Below, piece by piece: positions 44,803-54,998 of a stretch of 64,000 nucleotides of DNA. Under the pieces are notes generated by a model that had not been told where the DNA came from, ran no database searches, and was given only the letters and a program-made list of their open reading frames with translations. Positions within the stretch are counted from its first letter, which is position 1, and every line of letters begins with the position of its first letter. The stretch is from a virus. Its lineage: Duplodnaviria > Heunggongvirae > Uroviricota > Caudoviricetes. Location: IMG/VR virus record IMGVR_UViG_3300029705_000031; one strand, given 5' to 3'. The position numbers and the translations under genes were made by a program.

Positions 44803-47800
44803 AGAAGGTTAGAGTGATTTCTGTATCTAACCCATCGTTTAATGTAACAATTGCAGTAATAGAATCTTTTAGATTAACTCCACTTACTAATCCATTAGTA
44901 TTTTCTATATTAGAAATTTCATCATTGATAGTAAATAAATCAGAACGTCTATTACAGTTTTCTAAAATTTTCTCTAAGACAAATTTTATTTGAGATATAT
45001 CGTCTAAAGTTAACTCATGAGATATAGATAACTTATCAATTAGTTCAGATAGTATAGAAACGTAACCAATATTACTTTCATTACGAGTCATATCTAATAA
45101 AGCATACAATTCGCTCTTATAATCAGTTACTAAAAATTTCTTTATAATATCTTTAATATCTATAAACTCATTATTTTTAGTATTTAAGATAACTCTTAGT
45201 TTTAATAAATCTTGTAGGGTAGGAATAACATCTACAAAACCCTGATTATTTAAAACTCTAATCTCATCTAATAGACTTTCTAAATCTGCAATGTAATCCT
45301 GACTATCCATAGCTATTTCTTCATGCATAAAGAAAGTATTATGAAATTTTTCATCAAATAGTAAGATTGTATTTAAATCTCTTAATTGGACAGTATAAGA
45401 TTTAATGAAATCTACTAATTGATAGATCAATTCTTTAATATAATCGTTTATTATAGTATTGCCTTGAATAATAAAATCAAATTCATCATCGTCTAAGTAT
45501 GCTTCTATACCATTACATAGCTCTAATATATACTCATTGAAAATTACTTCTCTATCAGCAGGATTATCTTCTACTGCAGACAATAACTTATCTATATAAG
45601 CTGCTATATGAGGATCATTATCCTTTAAATACTCATAAAAAGTTTTATAAGTACCAAATAATTCATAACGATAATTACTAGTACAACAACAGTGATAAAG
45701 AGCCTGATAATATCTAAACACTCTATAATTTTGAGTTTCTAAAATAGTTTCTTCTATCTTTTTTCTAAGATTATTATCAGTTTTAAAAATATTTACAAAT
45801 GTGGCTTGATTCATATTCTTATCACGATCAATTTGTATGAAATTATTATTCTTATATTTTTCAATAGCAGCATTTGTTAGATACTTAATACTGTCTGGAT
45901 TATGAATACCTCTTAGAGTATAGAAATCGAATGTAGGAGATGTATCATAATTTTTTAAATAATCTTCTAATTCAGATTTAGATAATAAACCTTCTTTATT
46001 CCAACTTCTATAATATTCTATCTCATCTATTAAAACACTATTAGAGAAATCATATTGATCTATATAAGACATATAGATATTGATATTTTCTTCCATAATT
46101 TCAGAAAATTCATCATTTAATAATTTGTAAGTTAGATACTTGAAAACTATATCACCAAATGTAAGATTTTTATTTTGTAAGTTAGTTCTAAATTCTCCTT
46201 CAGTTAAATCACCATTAAGATAATCTTCACACATACTCGTAATTAACGTCTTAGTAATTAAATATCTTTCTTTAAATTCCATTGATTCTTTTAATTTTCT
46301 AGTAGAATTTAAATAAATGGTTGTATAATAATTAACTAAGATAGATCTATAAGATAAATTTTTTGGAATACTAGATTTAAATTTATTTAAGGTTAGTTTT
46401 CCATCCAAGAAATCTTTAGCCATTGTTTCGTATTCTTCAGAAAGTATAAATTGTGAACTGAATTTATCAAATTCAGAAACTGTAATTTCATCTTCTAAAA
46501 ATCTATCAATATATAGTTTTATAGTATCTAATTTAATGTAACTTTCAAATAAGTAACGTTCTGCAATTTTTTTAAATTCTTTTTCAGTAAAGTAAGTATA
46601 GTTTTTAAACTCTCTATAATTATCTATAATAGTATTTATATTAGTTTGATTAATAATACTTTCAAATAATTCAGGATGGTTAGTCTTAATATCTTCAAAT
46701 TCTTTCTTACTCAATTTTAATTGAATATACTGTTGAATATAATAGTTAATTAAAACAGTATTTCTATCTAAATTATAATGTTGTAAGAATTGTTCAAATT
46801 CTTTTTCAATATCTTCTAATAAAATATTGATAATGTAACTAGAAATAGAGTCATTTTCTTTTAAAATATCAACAGCTACTATTTTTTCCATATATTTTTC
46901 TAAAGGATAGTCAATTTCTTTTATCTTATTAGAATCTATATACACATAATAATCTTGTTTTATAGATTTTTGTAAGTTTTCAGGTAATAAATAGTAGAAG
47001 TTGTAATTCTTTTCTATATCCTTTTCAAGTTGTTCAATTAAATAAGTATCAAAACTATAATCAGATTCAGTTAATTCCTCATTAGCTAAATAAGTCTTAT
47101 AACGACAATCTATAAGATTTTGTAAATCACCATTAAGAATATCATATAATCTAGATGATTTAGTCAATAGATATTTAGTAGTGAAATGATAAACATCATC
47201 TAATAAATCATTATAATTAAATCCATAAACTCTAGCAATAGCTGAAGGAGCTTTTACTATATTGTCTACATAATTATACTTTTTCATAACTAAACTATAT
47301 AGACATAGTACAGCATTTAAAAGGTTTATTTTTTGAGGAGATACATTATAGTTATAGAAATATAATTTATTTAATCCTATTCCATCTTTATTTTTATATT
47401 TTTCTTCTATTTGATAAAGAAGATTATTAAAGTTGGAAAAATCAATACCAAATTTAGTTAGATTCATAAAACTATCAATAGAAATATACTTGGAATAAAT
47501 AAAGTTAAATGAATCATTTAATACAGTTAGATATTGATCGTAATACTCATTATCATCAGAATTTTCACTAGATACATACCAGTATTTATCATCTTTAATA
47601 AATTCTTCATAATCATATACTATTGTATTTTTATCTTGTAAACCTTCTTCTATATTTTCAATTTCAACGTCCATACCATAAAAATGTAGACTAGGTTTAT
47701 CAATTAAAATATTTCCTGCTGAGTCTTTTTCGTAATCTTTACATAGGAAATATTTCATTACCTTAATGTTATCAAAACCGAAAATATCAAGAACGTTAAT

Positions 47801-48772
47801 AATTGCCTTTGTAGTACCTTTATTCTTAATCAAGTAATTGATATTTTTAAGAATACGTTTCTGATACTTTAAGGGAAAATCAAAAAAGTAATCTAAACCA
47901 TAAGATAAAAATAGGTTTCTTATAGAATATTCATCAAAGAAATCTATATCATCCATATTTTCCATACGACTAGCAAGAAATCTTTGAATTGTCATAAAGA
48001 TGATTACTAGTTTACATAGATTATCATAATTAGGATTATCTATCTTATAAGCCTTGTTATAACAAACTTTCATAAAATAGTTTAAACAATAGTTATAACA
48101 TTCTTTAAATTTTGCGACTTCTACTGACGATAATATTCCTTCTTTATAATGGAGAATTGAAAAATTAGGGTAAAGTCTAGCTGCTACAAAAAAAGGAAGA
48201 TTTGTATTAGCTGTAAATTCTTCTGGGCTAGTAATGATTTCTTCTTTTTCTTCTATATAATATTTATAGATCTTAGCATAATAATCATTATAATCGCCTT
48301 TTTTCATATAATTAGTATAAACTTGAAAACGTTTTAACTCTAATAACTGATCTTTTTCCTTATCTGTTAAAGATTCTAAAGTCTCTTTTACTGGATTAAT
48401 AAGTCTTATATCTGTTTTAGTGATAGTATAATCAACATAGTTTTGAGAACGTTTTAAATCTAATAACTGATATTTTTCTTCATCTGTTAAAGATGATACT
48501 TTTTCTTTTGTTTTATTGATTTTCTGTATATCTCGTTTAGTAATGACATAGTCAGTTAAACTATCATTTTTTATACTTGGTCTAATATAATTAGATAAGT
48601 TATCTGCTCTTAACATAACTCTAGTTAGTTCATAAGCTCTAGTAGAACTATCTATAGTTTCAGCTTCATCTGCTTTCTCCTGATCTTTTATTACTAATTT
48701 CTCGCAAAAATCAATAAGATTATTAATCTCAACTATTGATCGTTTATCAGTAAAGTAGTTTTCTAAACGCAT
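44801..48772 (-). CDS. Large baseplate wedge protein (T4 gp7 / P2 gpI-like)
   Basis: LKNINYLIKNKGTTKAIINVLDIFG (KGT motif); 1323 aa; late promoter. Confidence 0.65.
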   Translation of the reverse strand: MRLENYFTDKRSIVEINNLIDFCEKLVIKDQEKADEAETIDSSTRAYELTRVMLRADNLSNYIRPSIKNDSLTDYVITKRDIQKINKTKEKVSSLTDEEKYQLLDLKRSQNYVDYTITKTDIRLINPVKETLESLTDKEKDQLLELKRFQVYTNYMKKGDYNDYYAKIYKYYIEEKEEIITSPEEFTANTNLPFFVAARLYPNFSILHYKEGILSSVEVAKFKECYNYCLNYFMKVCYNKAYKIDNPNYDNLCKLVIIFMTIQRFLASRMENMDDIDFFDEYSIRNLFLSYGLDYFFDFPLKYQKRILKNINYLIKNKGTTKAIINVLDIFGFDNIKVMKYFLCKDYEKDSAGNILIDKPSLHFYGMDVEIENIEEGLQDKNTIVYDYEEFIKDDKYWYVSSENSDDNEYYDQYLTVLNDSFNFIYSKYISIDSFMNLTKFGIDFSNFNNLLYQIEEKYKNKDGIGLNKLYFYNYNVSPQKINLLNAVLCLYSLVMKKYNYVDNIVKAPSAIARVYGFNYNDLLDDVYHFTTKYLLTKSSRLYDILNGDLQNLIDCRYKTYLANEELTESDYSFDTYLIEQLEKDIEKNYNFYYLLPENLQKSIKQDYYVYIDSNKIKEIDYPLEKYMEKIVAVDILKENDSISSYIINILLEDIEKEFEQFLQHYNLDRNTVLINYYIQQYIQLKLSKKEFEDIKTNHPELFESIINQTNINTIIDNYREFKNYTYFTEKEFKKIAERYLFESYIKLDTIKLYIDRFLEDEITVSEFDKFSSQFILSEEYETMAKDFLDGKLTLNKFKSSIPKNLSYRSILVNYYTTIYLNSTRKLKESMEFKERYLITKTLITSMCEDYLNGDLTEGEFRTNLQNKNLTFGDIVFKYLTYKLLNDEFSEIMEENINIYMSYIDQYDFSNSVLIDEIEYYRSWNKEGLLSKSELEDYLKNYDTSPTFDFYTLRGIHNPDSIKYLTNAAIEKYKNNNFIQIDRDKNMNQATFVNIFKTDNNLRKKIEETILETQNYRVFRYYQALYHCCCTSNYRYELFGTYKTFYEYLKDNDPHIAAYIDKLLSAVEDNPADREVIFNEYILELCNGIEAYLDDDEFDFIIQGNTIINDYIKELIYQLVDFIKSYTVQLRDLNTILLFDEKFHNTFFMHEEIAMDSQDYIADLESLLDEIRVLNNQGFVDVIPTLQDLLKLRVILNTKNNEFIDIKDIIKKFLVTDYKSELYALLDMTRNESNIGYVSILSELIDKLSISHELTLDDISQIKFVLEKILENCNRRSDLFTINDEISNIENTNGLVSGVNLKDSITAIVTLNDGLDTEITLTF
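48314..48553 (-). repeat. Internal 120-nt (40-aa) tandem duplication
   Basis: DYVITKRDIQKIN..LTDEEKYQLLDLKRSQ / DYTITKTDIRLIN..LTDKEKDQLLELKRFQ. Confidence 0.85.
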
Positions 48773-48809
48773 AGCTACAAATCTAACCTCCTCTCTTATT
48801 ATCTTCGAT

Positions 48810-48821
48810 TATTGTATTGTT
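48810..48821 (-). promoter_or_regulatory. Late promoter motif AACA-N6-TA
   Basis: AACA-ATACAA-TA upstream of the wedge gene. Confidence 0.6.
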
Positions 48822-48870
48822 AAGATGGTGAAAAATTAATGAAATAAGGAAATTTCTCACTGGAACATAG

Positions 48871-48906
48871 AAAAAAAAAGAAACTCTAATTAAAGAGTTT
48901 CTTTTT
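48871..48906 (-). terminator. Intrinsic terminator
   Basis: AAAAAGAAACTCT/AGAGTTTCTTTTT with long A-tract. Confidence 0.75.
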
Positions 48907-48916
48907 ATAAATTAGA

Positions 48917-49180
48917 TTACCATCTAATAGTATATTCGTTTCCTTCAAAATAGTCACCATCTTTGAATTTTCTAGATTCAATTTCATAACCAATTGATCT
49001 AAAAAATTCCTTAGTTTCCTTCTTTGAAGGAAACTGACAATTAGGTGAATCTCTAAAAGTTACATAAGACTCACCTCTTTTAATTGCTTTACGAATCATT
49101 CGGTCTACAACATTAAAGGGATTTTTATTTTCCTGTCTAACCTTATTTGTCAATTCTCTTGCTGTGCTTGCGTAAATCAT
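48917..49180 (-). CDS. Hypothetical protein
   Basis: 87 aa. Confidence 0.65.
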   Translation of the reverse strand: MIYASTARELTNKVRQENKNPFNVVDRMIRKAIKRGESYVTFRDSPNCQFPSKKETKEFFRSIGYEIESRKFKDGDYFEGNEYTIRW

Positions 49181-49202
49181 GTTTAGTCATTCTCCTTATT
49201 AT

Positions 49203-49826
49203 TTATACATATTTTTCAAAACCAAGGACTCTCTTTTCTTCAGGTGTAAGTTTACTAAGAGCAGATTTCATAATTCTATCTTTATGTAGGACTTCTTGTA
49301 GATTACGATAAGCTACATAATCTTCAAAAGTCTTAAAGACTCTAAGATTTACTTCACTTATTCTTGTACATTCATTTCTATCTTCTGAAATCTGCTTAGC
49401 CAATTCCTTACTCTCTGTATAAAACAGGGGTCTATTAAGACCACTATCAATAGCCTTAAAAATTGCCCAAAGCTTCAAAGTACTAGGTTTTTCAATTATC
49501 TCCCTATCAATTCTTAGATTAGGATTTCTACCGAGAAGAGTATATTCAAAACCAACATGTTGCATTGTTACATACTCACAATCATCAGTCATTGGATGTT
49601 TTACTCTTGATTTTAAAACTTCCCAACCTAACTTCCTAAAGTAATCAGCAACAGATTTTGCTGCAGATTTACTATGAATAGGAACATAAATTTCGAATTT
49701 AAATGAGCCATCTTCATATGTTCTAGTTGGTTCTTGCTTATAGATAACTTCTTTGATAGTATTGATTCCAATTTCTTTATCTCTGTCTCGTCTCTCTTCA
49801 ATGGTTAATATTGCTTCATTAGTCAT
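49203..49826 (-). CDS. Hypothetical protein
   Basis: 207 aa; C-terminal SALSKLTPEEKRVLG. Confidence 0.7.
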   Translation of the reverse strand: MTNEAILTIEERRDRDKEIGINTIKEVIYKQEPTRTYEDGSFKFEIYVPIHSKSAAKSVADYFRKLGWEVLKSRVKHPMTDDCEYVTMQHVGFEYTLLGRNPNLRIDREIIEKPSTLKLWAIFKAIDSGLNRPLFYTESKELAKQISEDRNECTRISEVNLRVFKTFEDYVAYRNLQEVLHKDRIMKSALSKLTPEEKRVLGFEKYV

Positions 49827-49895
49827 TATGTAAGCGTCCTTTCTTGTTATCTGAATTAAAAGGAGAGGTTTATTGCTAAAACCTCTCCTTTCTCC

Positions 49896-50174
49896 TCATT
49901 CCTCATCCTTGATGTTGACCTCGAACTGGCATATGGATCTAACTTCGCCAGTATCAAGATCCTTAAAGGTCATGACATTACAGTCCAATTCTCGATTATA
50001 TCTAACCGATTCAATACTACATCTGCCAGAACCCCTTTCACCATTTTCTGCAGTATAACCCATACCACAAATCTTGTACGTATAGGTTTTACCTCTCATG
50101 GATCTTTCAAGTTGCCTTGCCCCATCCCTAAAAACTCGATCAAGATGAGCCTCGACAGATTGATTATAAGCCAT
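49896..50174 (-). CDS. Hypothetical protein
   Basis: 92 aa, visibly higher G+C than neighbours. Confidence 0.6.
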   Translation of the reverse strand: MAYNQSVEAHLDRVFRDGARQLERSMRGKTYTYKICGMGYTAENGERGSGRCSIESVRYNRELDCNVMTFKDLDTGEVRSICQFEVNIKDEE

Positions 50175-50194
50175 AACTAAATATCCTTCCTTTC

Positions 50195-50533
50195 TTAAAA
50201 ATTAGATTTTAGATAATCGAAGTTAATTACGTTTCTAATGTCATTGAAATTATTGAGTTTATAGATCTCTACAATTTCATAACCATAGTAACGTTCTTTC
50301 ATTTCTAATAGCTTATAACGATATTCTCTTAAAGGTGCTTCTAATGTACCTTCAATAGACATACCATCTAAACTACCTAAAGTTAGATCATCATTGTATC
50401 TACTTAGAAAAATAACTACATCTTTGAAACAAACTATCTCACTTTCTTCAAAGATAACTAAAATACCAAATTCGCCATTTTTTGCCTTAACCTTTGAAAA
50501 TGGACTTAAATCGCTTTTACTTAAACCTTCCAT
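50195..50533 (-). CDS. Hypothetical protein
   Basis: 112 aa; early promoter upstream. Confidence 0.65.
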   Translation of the reverse strand: MEGLSKSDLSPFSKVKAKNGEFGILVIFEESEIVCFKDVVIFLSRYNDDLTLGSLDGMSIEGTLEAPLREYRYKLLEMKERYYGYEIVEIYKLNNFNDIRNVINFDYLKSNF

Positions 50534-50577
50534 AAAACATCTCCTTTAGTATGATTTATTCTTTATTACAAGGTTAG

Positions 50578-50606
50578 TATATATAACTATAAATCTTAAA
50601 AATACG
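50578..50606 (-). promoter_or_regulatory. Early promoter CGTA-N17-TATATAT
   Basis: CCGTA-TTTTTAAGATTTATAGT-TATATATA. Confidence 0.6.
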
Positions 50607-50611
50607 GAAAT

Positions 50612-50623
50612 AACAACTCTATA
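50612..50623 (+). promoter_or_regulatory. Late promoter motif AACA-N6-TA
   Basis: AACA-ACTCTA-TA upstream of the HNH-like/peptidase operon. Confidence 0.55.
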
Positions 50624-50655
50624 AAAGATTCAATAAAAGAAGGTGTTTAAACTAT

Positions 50656-51291
50656 ATGATACCAGAAAATAACAAAATTGTTGATATTTCTTCTGTATTA
50701 GAAGAAAATGGAAATGTTTCAATACAATCCCCTCAATCTTACTATAAACTACCTTACTACGCAACTGCTTTCTATGAAGAAGGAGAATTTAATAAGTTCA
50801 TAAAGAATGTAGAAAAAGATGTTCGTAAATCCGATGAATATTCCGCATATCTATGGAATCTAAGAAATCAAGGTTTAGAAGCTTGTTCTTTCTTAGGAAA
50901 TGTTAATGACGAAAATGCTACTATCGAATTCCATCATTATCCTTTTACTCTATTCGATATAGTTGCTACTGTAACTGAGAAGAGATTATTCAATAAAGAA
51001 CCAACTAGTACTTTCTTAGTTGCATCTGAAGTATTAAAACTACATTTTGATAATAAAGTAGGATTATTACCTTTATCCAAAACTGTACATGAATTAGCTC
51101 ATGCTGGAGAAATCTTTATAAATCTAAATCAAGTATTTGGTAATTTCCAACAGTTTGTTAATGAATATGAAAAATATATACCATTAGAAGCTAAGAACGC
51201 ATATAATAAAGTAATAGAAGCCAGTAAGAACGATATTACGTACAGCGATAAAGATGTATTGAGTTATAAAGGTAAAAAGGAGGAGATTTAA
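50656..51291 (+). CDS. HNH-like (His-Me) domain protein, paralog of 60700
   Basis: CSFL..IEFHHYPF...GLLPLSKTVHELAH. Confidence 0.6.
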   Translation: MIPENNKIVDISSVLEENGNVSIQSPQSYYKLPYYATAFYEEGEFNKFIKNVEKDVRKSDEYSAYLWNLRNQGLEACSFLGNVNDENATIEFHHYPFTLFDIVATVTEKRLFNKEPTSTFLVASEVLKLHFDNKVGLLPLSKTVHELAHAGEIFINLNQVFGNFQQFVNEYEKYIPLEAKNAYNKVIEASKNDITYSDKDVLSYKGKKEEI

Positions 51292-52275
51292 ATGAAAAAA
51301 TCTTTTGGTGCTATTTTTTCACCTGCAGATGTTAGAGATTATCGTATATCAAAAGCTGTAAACTATGATTTTCCTGAAGAGTTTAGTTTACCTTATATAC
51401 CAACTGTAAAAAATCAAGGCGATATTGGTTCATGTGTCGCTCATTCTATTGCATCAACAATAGAATATTTCTCATATATACAAGGTGATGAGACAAAAGA
51501 AATGTCTATTGGTTACATCTATGGAAATAGACGTAATACTAAACATTATGGTAGTGGTATGATTGTTAGAGATGCACTTACTTCTACTTGTAAGTATGGA
51601 GATATAATAAATGAGTTTTTCCCTTATAACATTGAAGTTCCAAATGCTATTAAAGAATTTGAAAAAACCGTAGATATCTTTTTTGAAAAAGGTTATCCTA
51701 ATAGATTTTCATCTTATTTCAGATGTTATAATAATAACGATATTAAAAATGCTCTATTCAATAAGAAATCTCCTGTTATTTTTGGTATACAATGGTTTTC
51801 TGATATAAAAGTTAATCGATATACTGGAATTATTGAAACTAGCATTAACTATAATGCAACTGATGGTGGACATTGTATGGTTATCTATGGTTGGAATAAG
51901 GATGGATGGATAATCCAAAATTCTTGGGGTCTTGAATGGGGTATAAATGGAAAAGCTATACTTCCTTATGAAGTTCCAATTGAAGAAGCTTGGGGAGTTA
52001 TTGATGAAATTTCTGAAAATTTAAGAAAGAAAAAAATAAAAGAATTAGAAAACCTTAATAATGAAACTATTGATGAAATCTTAGCTCTCGATGCTAAAGA
52101 AGATGCAGAAAAACTTAAACGTCTTGAAGATTTAGTTGATGAGAGAAATTTAGAAATTGAAAGATTAAAAAATGAAGATAGTGATATTAAGAAACCTTAT
52201 AATTCAAAAATCGGAAAAATTGTTGCTAAAGTTTTTAACTCTATTCTAAAAATTTCTAAAAAAAGTAAACAATAA
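51292..52275 (+). CDS. Papain-like cysteine peptidase (C1A) with C-terminal coiled coil
   Basis: KNQG..GSCVAHS (Q/C), GGHCMVIYGW (H), IQNSWG..WG..G (N). Confidence 0.88.
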   Translation: MKKSFGAIFSPADVRDYRISKAVNYDFPEEFSLPYIPTVKNQGDIGSCVAHSIASTIEYFSYIQGDETKEMSIGYIYGNRRNTKHYGSGMIVRDALTSTCKYGDIINEFFPYNIEVPNAIKEFEKTVDIFFEKGYPNRFSSYFRCYNNNDIKNALFNKKSPVIFGIQWFSDIKVNRYTGIIETSINYNATDGGHCMVIYGWNKDGWIIQNSWGLEWGINGKAILPYEVPIEEAWGVIDEISENLRKKKIKELENLNNETIDEILALDAKEDAEKLKRLEDLVDERNLEIERLKNEDSDIKKPYNSKIGKIVAKVFNSILKISKKSKQ

Positions 52276-52315
52276 AAAAAGAGGATATTGACTAAATTGT
52301 CAATATCCTCTTCTT
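52274..52315. terminator. Bidirectional terminator
   Basis: AAGAGGATATTGAC/GTCAATATCCTCTT. Confidence 0.8.
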
Positions 52316-52318
52316 ATA

Positions 52319-52684
52319 TTATACATAGTAAGGATTGGGCTTGAAAACATACGCAATACAATCAAGAATCCAACCAATACCACAGAGACCACCAGTGCAG
52401 AGATAAAGAATTCCCATACCAGTCTTTCCTTCATAGAACTTATGAGCACCGAAAATACCAAAGCACCAGCAGAGCAGAAGAGCAACCCACTTGTTTCTCA
52501 GTCTGCCAGTAAATACAGTAGAACCATTCTGATTGATATTGGTATTGCTGTTATTGTTATTGTTGTTAATAACAATAGGCTGCTGATTGGAAGCTTGTCG
52601 AATTTCTTCAACCTGACCACCGCAATGAGGACACACAACACTGTAATCATTGATCTGCTTACCGCAATACTTACAATACTTCAT
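52319..52684 (-). CDS. Zinc-ribbon plus TM2-domain membrane protein
   Basis: YCKYCG..CPHCG; NKWVALLLCWCFGIFGAHKFYEGKTGMGILYL. Confidence 0.85.
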   Translation of the reverse strand: MKYCKYCGKQINDYSVVCPHCGGQVEEIRQASNQQPIVINNNNNNSNTNINQNGSTVFTGRLRNKWVALLLCWCFGIFGAHKFYEGKTGMGILYLCTGGLCGIGWILDCIAYVFKPNPYYV

Positions 52685-52753
52685 TTTTAATTTCTCCTTT
52701 GTAAAAGTAAATGTATGTTTTAATGTTTTTATTTTTCTTTTTACTATAGTTAT

Positions 52754-52782
52754 AATATATATTTATAAATCTTGAAAGTACG
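52754..52782 (-). promoter_or_regulatory. Early promoter CGTA-N17-TATATATT
   Basis: CCGTA-CTTTCAAGATTTATAAA-TATATATT. Confidence 0.6.
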
Positions 52783-52784
52783 GT

Positions 52785-52823
52785 AAAAAAAGGATATTGA
52801 CGTTTTTGCCAATATCCTTTTTT
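52785..52823 (-). terminator. Intrinsic terminator
   Basis: AAAAAAGGATATTG/CAATATCCTTTTTT. Confidence 0.75.
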
Positions 52824-52825
52824 CT

Positions 52826-53017
52826 TTAATCGATACCCATATCGTCTATAACAGAAGCTAGAATATTCATTATCTTATCTGCACATATAGAACAAAGATT
52901 TGGTAACTTAATAGAACGAAAAACTTTTGAACATGTAGAATCGTTTACATTTATACGATGAACATCTTTTTTAAGTTCAATAATCTGCCCACAATTATCA
53001 CATCGACAAGCAATCAT
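52826..53017 (-). CDS. Small zinc-finger protein
   Basis: RCDNCG..LCSIC; same type as 57428. Confidence 0.65.
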   Translation of the reverse strand: MIACRCDNCGQIIELKKDVHRINVNDSTCSKVFRSIKLPNLCSICADKIMNILASVIDDMGID

Positions 53018-53205
53018 TCAAAATCAATTCCCTTCACTTCATTAAGAACATCCAAAGCATTTTCAATAGCAAGATGAAGATTATTAATCTTATCTTTCCT
53101 TTCTTTACTGTTAGCAATACTTCTAAGAGCAGAAGTATCAGTCAAAAGTTCAGAAAGTGTATTCTTCATGCTGGACATCTTAAGTTCATATCTAGGGTTT
53201 CTCAT
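53014..53205 (-). CDS. Hypothetical protein
   Basis: 63 aa helical. Confidence 0.6.
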   Translation of the reverse strand: MRNPRYELKMSSMKNTLSELLTDTSALRSIANSKERKDKINNLHLAIENALDVLNEVKGIDFE

Positions 53206-53234
53206 TTTTATAGTTTCCTTTCTTATTTTATTGA

Positions 53235-53891
53235 TTAATCAAGAAGTTCCTTATCAATAATTTGGAAGTTAGCACGATGGATATAAAGAGCATGACCATC
53301 AATGTAAAGCTTAGTAAACTTAGGTAGATCATCAGGAACCTCCCAGTATACATCATCACCTGAGAAAGCATAAATGGGAGAACCAGTCTGAGATTTAATA
53401 ACAACTACCATTTGTTTACCAAACATATTCTTTACTTCATTTACCATACCAGCAATGAAAGTATTGTCAGAGAATCCATTAGCGGTAGAATCAATCTTAT
53501 CAATATAGAAATTATATTCAGGTTTTAGACCATCCTCATAGAAAATACAAGTATCACCACAGGAAATTAGCTGATTACCATCAATCGTAATAGTAATTAC
53601 AGAACTTACAGTTTCAGTAGTATACCAAGAATCAGTATCTCTACTATAAGTACTTTCTTCTACGATATTACTACTAATATTGATCTTTTCACCATGAGTA
53701 GTTAGAACTTTCTCACCAAAATTGGAGAAAGTATCAATTGTGTAAGTGTTACCAGTGATATCACCTTTAAGATCATTTACTCCACTTTCAAATGCAGCAC
53801 AACCAGTAAATGTAGAAACAATGAAAAGAAACAGTGCAATAATGAAAATTGCACTAACAATGTACTTGAGTCCTCTATTTTTGTTATTCAT
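53235..53891 (-). CDS. Lipoprotein, DUF5052-like
   Basis: Signal peptide plus FTGC lipobox; GNTYTI, VITITIDG, VIKSQTG.PI.AFSGDDVYW, LPK.TKL.IDG.ALYIHRANFQIID. Confidence 0.75.
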   Translation of the reverse strand: MNNKNRGLKYIVSAIFIIALFLFIVSTFTGCAAFESGVNDLKGDITGNTYTIDTFSNFGEKVLTTHGEKINISSNIVEESTYSRDTDSWYTTETVSSVITITIDGNQLISCGDTCIFYEDGLKPEYNFYIDKIDSTANGFSDNTFIAGMVNEVKNMFGKQMVVVIKSQTGSPIYAFSGDDVYWEVPDDLPKFTKLYIDGHALYIHRANFQIIDKELLD

Positions 53892-54604
53892 TATTTATTC
53901 TCCTTTTCCTTCTGTGCTTTTTCAAATGCTCTTTGCATTTCAGTCTTTCCATCATTAGGATAAAGCTTTTCATGAAGTTCTTTATTCTTTTGAATTTTTT
54001 CCATTTCCTTCTTTTCTCTGTTAACTCTCTGTCTAACAGATTCTTGTCCCTTAGATTCCTTGATACAGTTCTTACATCTTTTAGGGGTATTAAGAGCATT
54101 TTTAAAATAAAAATTCAATTCACCTTTACTGAGATAGAATTCTTCACCACAGATCTTACATGTTTGCTTATACCAAGCCATATCAAGAATTTCAGATTCA
54201 ACAATTCTTTCTCTGAGAGATACAATATCCATTAAAGAACTAACAGATGAAACAAGATTGAAATCATAAGGAATATAGTTTCCAAAAAGGATGTTATTTA
54301 CCTTTTCCCAATCAATATCCTTTTCAAAATCATCACCAATTTTTGCTTTAGCAGCTGAGACAACATTAAGAATATAATTACAACGGAAAAACAGAGGATG
54401 AACCTTAAGAAATTCAATCTTATAATTGTCAAAACCTGCATTAATTCTTTCCATAGGATCTTTAATATCCTTTGCACGGTCCATACATTCTTGCATCATT
54501 GCATTAAGGTCAATACCTTGTTTCTTATAGTGCTCCTGTGCAATACTTCCAAGAAGTGCATATGTACTCAAGCTAGGATTTTTTCTAGTATTTTCATTAG
54601 TCAT
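53891..54604 (-). CDS. Hypothetical protein with C-terminal zinc ribbon
   Basis: TCKICGEEFYLSKGELNFY..TPKRCKNC. Confidence 0.7.
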   Translation of the reverse strand: MTNENTRKNPSLSTYALLGSIAQEHYKKQGIDLNAMMQECMDRAKDIKDPMERINAGFDNYKIEFLKVHPLFFRCNYILNVVSAAKAKIGDDFEKDIDWEKVNNILFGNYIPYDFNLVSSVSSLMDIVSLRERIVESEILDMAWYKQTCKICGEEFYLSKGELNFYFKNALNTPKRCKNCIKESKGQESVRQRVNREKKEMEKIQKNKELHEKLYPNDGKTEMQRAFEKAQKEKENK

Positions 54605-54620
54605 TTTAGTTATTCTCCTT

Positions 54621-54998
54621 TTAATCAATCAATGTAGGTCTATAAGCTTTTTCAGGATTTTTCATTAAAAATGTAGTCCATTTTTTAAACTGTTCTTTTG
54701 AAAATTTATCTATATCCATGTCTTTAGAAACAATTTTTCTTTTACCATTCCACATAGTTACCATTACATCATAATCAAAATCTTTAATAAGTCTTTGATC
54801 TTCTGTATTATAGTAATCATCACATGAATACTTAATTAGATGTAAATCTTCAGGTATATGAATTCGATAGATAATCTTTCCTACATAATCTGTAAGACCC
54901 TTTAATTTTCGATGACTAGTCATTCGAAAATCACATATCTTATCATATGGTTTACAATTAGCTGTAATATAACGATATTTCATTACTTTATTCACCAA
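54621..54998 (-). CDS. Hypothetical protein
   Basis: 125 aa. Confidence 0.65.
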   Translation of the reverse strand: MVNKVMKYRYITANCKPYDKICDFRMTSHRKLKGLTDYVGKIIYRIHIPEDLHLIKYSCDDYYNTEDQRLIKDFDYDVMVTMWNGKRKIVSKDMDIDKFSKEQFKKWTTFLMKNPEKAYRPTLID

